Part shown: in pieces, positions 56,927 through 64,000 of the stretch
Position numbering within the stretch: the first letter of the stretch is position 1
Layout: each line of letters begins with the position of its first letter
IMG/VR virus record: IMGVR_UViG_3300033143_006101
Span: 188,877-252,876 of that record
Length of the DNA stretch: 64,000 bases
Strand: one strand, 5' to 3'
Translations under genes and position numbers: made by a program
Notes under the pieces: generated by a model
Databases searched by the model: none
The model's input: only the letters and a program-made list of their open reading frames with translations
Told to the model about the DNA's origin: nothing

Positions 56927-57322
56927 TGTCAGGTAGGTTGCCTCACGAGAGGCTCGGCATTTGATAGTACCAATCCCGTAATTAGTAGGGCTATCAAATA
57001 CTGCTCGGTACTGGTTAGGGTCTGAGTCAGTTTGGTTTCTAGAAAAGCTAGATTATTATAGTTTCATCAGGTTATTAGGACCGCTTCGTGAAGCAACTTG
57101 GATGAACAACTTCTAGCTGATCATTCTGAAGAACTTGGCGGTTAGGGGAAACAGATGTGATAAGGATGAAGATTGAAACTAGGATCCAATTGTAAACTTA
57201 TCTTACTTAAAAATAGTAGAAGGGATTGAGGCGACTCCCACTCGGTTTATAATATTAAATAAACTCTAACTATTCTGAGTAAAAGCCTTCACCCTAGATT
57301 AGCGACCTGGGGCTATCTGACA
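56927..57322 (+). ncRNA. ~400-nt structured RNA candidate closed by a terminal helix
   Basis: TGTCAGGTAG/CTATCTGACA closing stem; many nested stems; ORF-free. Confidence 0.65.
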
Positions 57323-58285
57323 CAACTATGGATCCATAGTTATTTGGGGTATAATGATTAACGTATTTATGACAATACATCAGAAACAGCAATCTCTTAT
57401 TAGTCCAGAGGCTACTGATACTATTACTTCAATTTGTATTACAGCAATTATTATTTGTATTATATTATTTATATCTGTACTTTTTATGTTATATAGAAAT
57501 AAATGGATATTTGGTAATGCTCTTATTCTTTCAAGAATGGTGTTTGCAAGACAACTTAATACTCTAATGTTTCAAGAAGCAGAAATTTATACTAGTGAAG
57601 AATTGTATGCTAATAATTGGTCATATAATAAAATGCTTTTTTCAATTTGGGTATGGACACCACTAAAAATGGCTTATAATAAGAAAATGTTGGATTATGT
57701 TGTAATGGGTGTGTTACCTGATATTAGGGAAAGAATTATAGATGTTTCTATTGAAGAAGTCTGGAAGAAAAACCCAAAACCATGGGAAGCATTAAAAAAA
57801 AGAACTTATGGCTTTCTGTGCAATTGAAGGGTGTGTACAATGATTATAACAAATATTGCGATAGCTCTTATAACTATTTTAGTACTTATTGATGTTATAT
57901 TATTAACCGCTAATATTATGGATAAAGATAATAATCTAAGTATACTAAGCTGTATTGGTGGAATATTTATAATTGTACTTATTACATGGTTTATGATAGT
58001 AGCACCTACATTTAAGGATAGTGATAAAGAACTAAAGAGGTTAGAAATGTCATTAATAAAAGAACCAAAAGAAATGACTCTACATTCTTTGAATAAGGAA
58101 CTAGAAAAATATTATGATGAGCACGGTCGTGAATATGGAGAAGAAAGTAAGATATTCTACAAATGTGAATTAGAATTATTTGATAGAATAAGAGAAGCAA
58201 TTAAAGATGATAGAGAAACTCTAGTACTATTTGAGTTTACTAGAAAATTTGCTGAGATGAAATCAGCTTGTGCGGGGAATTAGAT

Positions 58286-59470
58286 ATGAAAGAATTAATA
58301 AATAGACAAATCGATGGTAAAATAAGTAACGATAATGTAGAAGAATGTAATTCCAGTTATAAGGCAACTATCCTAAAGGGAGCACCCAAAGGACTTGCTG
58401 TTTTTGAACAATATGGTAATTTAGTTCTTAAGCAAATAACACATGATGTTGTTACACAACATACTTTAGATAAAAAATTATTTTTGACTTTTGTGCTACA
58501 TCTTCCTCTTAGAAATGAAAATTTAGACGCTTTATTTTTAGAGAAATTTTCTGAGCTAGGAGATGTTTATAGAATGGAAGATGGTTTAATGAGTTATAAA
58601 AGTATCGTAGTAGCAAAGGATTTTATAATTCGATACGAAAGTGGGGAAAGTACTGTTAAAATAGCTCATATTTATCTTGCTCTGCATGTACAAACACTAC
58701 AACAAAGAGATATTCTTATTTTAAAATTAAAGGAATTATTTAAAGATCATATTGTTACTGATATAAATGTAAACGTATCATTTTTTTATCTTACTAAACA
58801 TGGATTAAAAAATTTAGGTTTTGATATGATATATACACCCGAGCTACCCGAAGTAAATTATCCTTACATTTCAATTGATAAAAATGTTAAGGATATGAAT
58901 GAATATATAGAAAAATATATTAAAAGTGAATCTCCTATAATTATTCTAATGGGAGAACCTGGAACAGGTAAAACAAGGTTTATTAGATATCTTCTATCAA
59001 AGTTAAAATGTCATTATAATGCAGATTGGAATGTATATTTCACAGTGGATCCGGAAGTGCTAAAAGACACGGTGTTCTTTGTGAATTTTATGGCTTCTAC
59101 GTCAAGAGCAATGGTAGTAGAAGACATGGATAAAAATCTTCACGCGAGAATAGAAGGCAATGAGGTAATGTATAGTTTACTTGGAATATCTGATGGCATC
59201 ATAAATATAGAAGAAAAGAAAATGATCTTTTCTACTAATCTACCTTCTATAAAAAATATAGACTCGGCTATTATCAGAGAAGGTAGATGCTATGATATTC
59301 TAAATTTTAGAGCATTAACTGTAAATGAATCAAATGCATTTTTAGCATATAATAAAAAAGGGGATTTAGATTTAGTAAAAGATTCATATACTCTTGCTGA
59401 ACTATATGCACTAATAAACGGTAACCCTAATAATTCTCATATAAGAAAAACAGGATTCAAAAATGAATGA
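58286..59470 (+). CDS. AAA+ ATPase
   Basis: GEPGTGKT, VVEDMD, FSTNL..IDSAIIREGRCYD. Confidence 0.85.
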   Translation: MKELINRQIDGKISNDNVEECNSSYKATILKGAPKGLAVFEQYGNLVLKQITHDVVTQHTLDKKLFLTFVLHLPLRNENLDALFLEKFSELGDVYRMEDGLMSYKSIVVAKDFIIRYESGESTVKIAHIYLALHVQTLQQRDILILKLKELFKDHIVTDINVNVSFFYLTKHGLKNLGFDMIYTPELPEVNYPYISIDKNVKDMNEYIEKYIKSESPIIILMGEPGTGKTRFIRYLLSKLKCHYNADWNVYFTVDPEVLKDTVFFVNFMASTSRAMVVEDMDKNLHARIEGNEVMYSLLGISDGIINIEEKKMIFSTNLPSIKNIDSAIIREGRCYDILNFRALTVNESNAFLAYNKKGDLDLVKDSYTLAELYALINGNPNNSHIRKTGFKNE

Positions 59471-60235
59471 GAATAAACACTGGCAAGTTATGGTAATGCG
59501 AAGAAGGTGGTATCATGCTTTATACTATTGGTTAAGAAGACTTCGTGGGAGAGATTTTAGTAAAGCTAAAGAGTATTTTGTAGGATTTCATATGAAGATT
59601 ACAGATGATGGTATAATGGATGAACCTACTTGTTCTCATATAGTTGAGACTTTTGAAAGTACACAAGGTTATACGCCTGCTTATGAAACTTTATCAGAAA
59701 GAAATAAGGATGTTAAATATGAATGATTGGTTGTTAACTATTATAATGCTTATATTAATAGTTATGTGTATTATATTATTAGGTATAGGTGAATTACTTC
59801 AAATGATTTTAGTGGTATTGAAATGAAAAGGAGATAATTAAAATGTTAGATGATTTATTACCTCCTATAGGAGGATGTCCAATATCAGTTACTTTATGCA
59901 AAGATTGCCGTTATTTGTCTAGTGGAGGTTCTGAGCCAAGTGTAAACAGTGAAGAGTATAAAGAAGTAAAAAAGAAGTATCCGCATGTACAAAATATGCT
60001 GACAAAATATAGAGAGTGTAGTAGTTTTAATGTAATTTTCAGAATTTTTAATTCTATGGTAAAAAGGTTTTTTGGGGATAAAATACAAACGGTTCTTAAT
60101 GAAGATGACTATTGGGATTTAAGACTTCTACTCAGTTATGCACATTTTGTAAGAACAGGAGAAAAGAGAAAGGATATTGAAGGTCCTGAAAATGAAAATG
60201 ATCTTGATGAATGTATAGAATGGAAAAGATTATAA

Positions 60236-60307
60236 TGCTGGGTAGCTCAGAGGGAGAGCTCGTGTTTGTTAAACACAGGGTCGGCGGTTCAATCCCGTCC
60301 CCAGCAG
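60236..60307 (+). tRNA. tRNA-Asn(GTT)
   Basis: TGCTGGG/CCCAGCA, ttGTTaa loop, G73. Confidence 0.9.
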
Positions 60308-60493
60308 ATAAAAATAGATTTTGGAGATGTTAGTTATGGCAGAAAAAGTAAAAATAATTGTACTTAAGTCTAGGAATAAACGATTGAGAGGCATGAGGAA
60401 ATTCATTACTGAACATATTGATGAATTGGATTGTTTATTCACTGAAAAAGAACAGGACAAATTGAATAAGATTAAGGCAAGGAGAAGTTCTGT

Positions 60494-60850
60494 ATGCTAG
60501 TAAAATTATTAAACTGGCTCATTAAACGTCTTAAGTTAACAGGAAAGATTTCAGATGGGTATCATACTTTTGATGAATTGTATGAACATAGAGTAAGATT
60601 GTATTTAGCTCTTTGTAAACATGGCCCCAAGTTTGTCTGGAAGTCACGGAAACATTCAGATGGAACTTCATACCCTGGATGGTTTTTGTTAGGAATGAAT
60701 ACCGTTCCCGGATTGCAAATGACGTATCATATTCCGGATAAGTATTGGGATCACTGCCAATAGTATCGAGAGTTAGATCAAGCTCCTAATTTTGATGGAC
60801 ATACATCGAATGATGTACTAACAAGAATCCACAGAGAGTTGATTATTTAA
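60494..60850 (+). CDS. Conserved phage protein (SDGYHTFDELY...DGH family) interrupted by an in-frame TAG at 60761-60763
   Basis: The family motif APNFDGHTSNDVL lies in frame after the TAG. Confidence 0.65.
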
Positions 60851-60876
60851 GTTGTAATAGGCATCATATTAAAAAA

Positions 60877-60951
60877 CGGGGTGTAGGCTAGTCAGGCTAA
60901 GTCGCCTGCTTTGGGAGCAGGAAATCGGAAGTTCGAATCTTCTCACCCCGA
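60877..60951 (+). tRNA. tRNA-Pro(TGG)
   Basis: CGGGGTG/CACCCCG, cctgc-ttTGGga-gcagg. Confidence 0.95.
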
Positions 60952-60968
60952 ATGATAAGGTTATTCAT

Positions 60969-61574
60969 ATGAAAAAATATACCAAAGAAGAAAAACAGCA
61001 AATTGAAAAACTAGTACGTTTTGGAAAAACAAATAAAGAAATTCCTGCTTTATTAAATAGACCCTTCGAGTCTATTAAAACTTTTATAGCACGTAATTGT
61101 TCTAGGTATAAAATAGTAAAAGATAGTAAAACAAAAGCTATAACTTATGAAATAGATAAAAAGACTGGTTGCTGGATTTGTGCAAGTCATTACTGTACTA
61201 CTGATTACCTCTATATTCAATCAGATGGTACAAAAGTAGGTTTTCATAGAAAAGCTTTAGAAGAAAAATTAGGAAGACGTATAAAAAAAGGAATGTACGC
61301 TTGTCATATTTGTGATAATATATCGTGTATTAATCCTGATCATTTGTATGAAGGAACACATAAAAGTAATATGTTAGATAAAGTAAACCGAAATCGCCAA
61401 GCAAAAGGGGAGTAAAATGGCAAAGCTAAATTAAAGGATAGTCAAGTTAAAAAATTAAAAAAGGTAGTATGTAATAAAAGTAGAGAAGAACTTAAAATAA
61501 TTGCTAAAAAATATAATGTAGATGTTAGAACAATAGAACATATTAAAAATGGTCATACTTGGAAGTATTTATAA
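60969..61574 (+). pseudogene. HNH endonuclease with in-frame TAA (61413-61415) before its C-terminal HTH
   Basis: ACHICDNISCINPDHLYEGTHKSNMLD; KGE*NGKAKL...IAKKYNV..RTI..IKNGHTWKYL. Confidence 0.7.
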
Positions 61575-61643
61575 ATAGTATAAGAATATTCAATCAATTT
61601 ATTTTTGATTAGGGTATAAAGTCTGGCCACACAACCAGATAAT

Positions 61644-61730
61644 AAGGGGGCGAGTAGAGTGATAAGTGCTCCACGCTGACTTTATGTTAGCTAACGCCTG
61701 TGCGGTGGATGACTCTACTCTTTCCCCCTT
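61644..61730 (+). ncRNA. 87-nt branched hairpin RNA candidate
   Basis: AAGGGGG/CCCCCTT, GAGTAGAGT/ACTCTACTC and TCCAC/GTGGA stems enclose two small hairpins. Confidence 0.55.
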
Positions 61731-62724
61731 AAAAGGAGAGAAGATATGGATGTAAAAGTAGAGATAACAATTAAAAATGAATTTGAACAAATATCAAGAA
61801 GTGTTTCAGAACTAAAAGATTTTGATAATGATTGTATTTTAGATGGTACGACAACTGTAATAGACGAAATTATACAACATGTTTATCAAGCTATACTAGC
61901 ATTGGGTTATACACCTGAAACAGTTGATAAGTATATCAATAGAGAAGGAATATGAGTAACGAGATTATAGAAGAGTTTTTAGTAGATAAAGTAGACAAAG
62001 CATTAGCTGATTATTCAAGTCTTTTAGATCAATTGAATAGTACAGATGAAATTGATCAAGTAAAGTTTGAGAAGGGTACTGATAATCTTTTAGAAGAGTA
62101 TGAAGAAGTAATGTATTACGCCGATACTTTTCAACAAAACCGGCAAGATTCTGATAAGTATTATGAAGTATTGAAGTGTGTGGATTTATTAGCAGACACA
62201 CATAGATCTTTTATAAGTTGTTTAGAAAAAATATTAAGAGAAGAAGGAAGAAGAAAATAATGTATGACAAAACAAGGCATAAGATTAAATAAAAGGAGAT
62301 GTAATGAATGATATCCTTGAAAAGTTAGCAGATTTACATCATCAAGCAACTGAAGAAAAATCTCATTACTATGTTGGTGCGTGCATTAGAGAAGCTATGT
62401 CAGAAATAATGAAACTAAGAGAAAAAATAGTGGAGGAAATCAGTATGTCAGTAGATAAAATACCAAAGTATGAGAATGCTCGAAAGGGGGAAGAATGTAA
62501 ATGCCCACACTGTGATAATTCTTTTCATATAAAAGGTAATTACTGTGGATTGTGTGGACGGAAAGGGTAATGTACTACATAACTAAACTGGGAGATATAA
62601 AAATAGTAAAAAAGGACTCTGAATTTCTAACACAAGAAAGTCTTTGGAAATGGTGTATAGGTATGGGAGAGAAAGGATATAAGATTGAAAAGGAATATGA
62701 ACCAGGGGAGCATAAGGCGATAAG

Positions 62725-63144
62725 ATGACTGTAGGATACAAAAGATTGTGTGGTTTTTATGATCATCCTAATGCAGATAAATACGGAGTTATTTTAGAGC
62801 ATAGGCTAGTAATGTCTCAGAAACTGGGAAGACCATTAAAGAAAAATGAAACAGTACACCATATTAATGATGATACTTTTGATGATACTTTTGATAATCG
62901 ACCAGAGAATTTAGAAATATATACTAATGAAGAGCATGCAAGAAAACATGCATTAGAAAGAGGAAAACTAGTTATTGAAATAGAATGTAATTTCTGTGGT
63001 AGTACTTTTGAATTAGATTTATCTCAATATAATTCAAAAGTTAAACAAGGTTATAAAAATTTTTATTGTAATAGGTCTTGCATGGGAAAAGGACAATGGA
63101 ATAAACATCTTTTCAAAAATAAAAAACAAGCGGATGTGGTGTAA
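62725..63144 (+). CDS. HNH endonuclease; stop lies inside tRNA-Gly
   Basis: HPNA...EHRLVMSQKLGRPL...VHHIN..DNRPENLE, with a 12-bp tandem duplication (DDTF x2). Confidence 0.8.
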   Translation: MTVGYKRLCGFYDHPNADKYGVILEHRLVMSQKLGRPLKKNETVHHINDDTFDDTFDNRPENLEIYTNEEHARKHALERGKLVIEIECNFCGSTFELDLSQYNSKVKQGYKNFYCNRSCMGKGQWNKHLFKNKKQADVV

Positions 63145-63201
63145 GAGGAAGCATTAGAGTCTTCCAAACTCTGGGTACGAGATCGTGGCTCGTCATCCGC
63201 T
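63130..63201 (+). tRNA. tRNA-Gly(TCC)
   Basis: GCGGATG/CATCCGC, U73, agagt-ctTCCaa-actct; atypical T-loop ATCGTGG. Confidence 0.9.
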
Positions 63202-63230
63202 AATTAAAAATTAAACTAAGGAGGTATTTT

Positions 63231-63410
63231 ATGTGGGCTAAAAAAGGAGAAAGAGGAGAAGGTAAAGGAAAAGGAGGACCTAGACAACAAGACATGGGTG
63301 CAATTTATTGTGAATGTCCTAAATGTTCATACAAAACAAAGCATGATAAAGGAATACCATGTTCTTCAAAATCTTGTCCTAAATGTAATATACCGTTAGT
63401 GGGTAAATAA
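63231..63410 (+). CDS. 59-aa zinc-finger peptide
   Basis: AAGGAGGT RBS; CECPKC...HDKGIPC...CPKC. Confidence 0.65.
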   Translation: MWAKKGERGEGKGKGGPRQQDMGAIYCECPKCSYKTKHDKGIPCSSKSCPKCNIPLVGK

Positions 63411-63416
63411 TTGTAT

Positions 63417-63488
63417 ACGGTTGTAGCTCAACGATAGAGTACTTGTTTTACCAAGCAGGAGACGGGCGTTCAATTCGCCCCAACCGCT
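63417..63488 (+). tRNA. Gly-type tRNA with 8-nt anticodon loop (ACC/UACC) and A1:C72 mismatch
   Basis: ACGGTTG/CAACCGC-T; cttgt-tttaccaa-gcagg; gggcg-TTCAATT-cgccc. Confidence 0.75.
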
Positions 63489-63512
63489 AATTAAATAAAG
63501 GAGAAAAATGAA

Positions 63513-63788
63513 ATGGAAAAAGAAATGAACAAAGCAGGAAAAGAATCCCGCACTTTATCTAGAATAGATTTACTAAAAGATAAAGTAGATACTATTGAGA
63601 GTAAGTTAGGAGCTCTTACAGAGCAACTAAATCCTTTGATGGTTTGCCCTCCTCCAAGCGTTGGTGAAGGGAACATGAAAGAAGCTGAAGACCGCTCTCG
63701 TGTAATCACAGAGTTGGATGATTTAAGTAATAGACTACAAGATATTATAAATGCAATAGAAGATGTTAGGGATAGGTTAGAGATATGA
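63513..63788 (+). CDS. Coiled-coil hypothetical protein
   Basis: AAGGAG RBS, 91 aa. Confidence 0.55.
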   Translation: MEKEMNKAGKESRTLSRIDLLKDKVDTIESKLGALTEQLNPLMVCPPPSVGEGNMKEAEDRSRVITELDDLSNRLQDIINAIEDVRDRLEI

Positions 63789-64000
63789 TGTTAAATGCCA
63801 ATATGTTATTTAAAACATTGTAGTCACCCTCCTGTAAAAAATTAAAAATGCCTGGTTTCAGTGAAGGCACTTTAAATTTTTTCCTAGAGGGAAATGTATT
63901 TATTAAGGAATATGACTGAATATCGTTTAATTACGGCTTAATACAAGCGATTTAAAACTATATACTGAGATATAATAATCAATATCTCTGGGAAGAATAT

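Noticed and set aside
56927-57322. RNase P RNA
   Set aside because: The GAGGAAAGUCC and 3' CR-V signature sequences are absent.
1-64000. Genome-wide stop-codon reassignment (code 15 or 4)
   Set aside because: Long core ORFs are intact under code 11, and TAG ends MCP just before its terminator; only two isolated in-frame TAGs were seen.

Overview
AT-rich segment of a large (jumbo-type) tailed bacteriophage genome, read with the standard genetic code. Layout: 1-4.6 kb is a rightward early/accessory block (nicotinamidase-like, PIF1 helicase, RNase H, vWA). 4.6-21.1 kb is a leftward block (small late operon, intein-containing class II ribonucleotide reductase, MazG, SbcCD, 3D-domain protein, ParB). 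About 21.2-22 kb holds the strand switch, with palindromes/direct repeats and an initiator-like HTH gene (probable origin/partition site). 22-48 kb is the head module (intein-containing portal, prohead protease, scaffold, two decoration paralogues, major capsid protein, LAGLIDADG endonuclease, sigma-like protein, Apyc1-like MBL hydrolase, neck protein, amidase). 48-64 kb is an RNA-rich island with 14 canonical tRNAs, 4 atypical tRNA-like genes, several large structured ncRNA candidates, HNH genes abutting tRNAs and two paralogues of the major capsid protein. Top findings: (1) a sigma70 promoter drives a leaderless 46-codon peptide that uses all 20 amino acids and 37 different codons; its last codons can pair with the 5' arm of the terminator in front of the tRNA island, which suggests a general tRNA-pool-sensing attenuator. 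(2) Three tRNA-like genes carry the same ~70-nt pseudoknotted module in the variable loop. (3) Capsid-protein paralogues sit inside the tRNA island (possible decoys). (4) Two phage-specific promoter consensus sequences can be read directly from the sequence. All family calls come from motif recognition by eye; no database searches were run.
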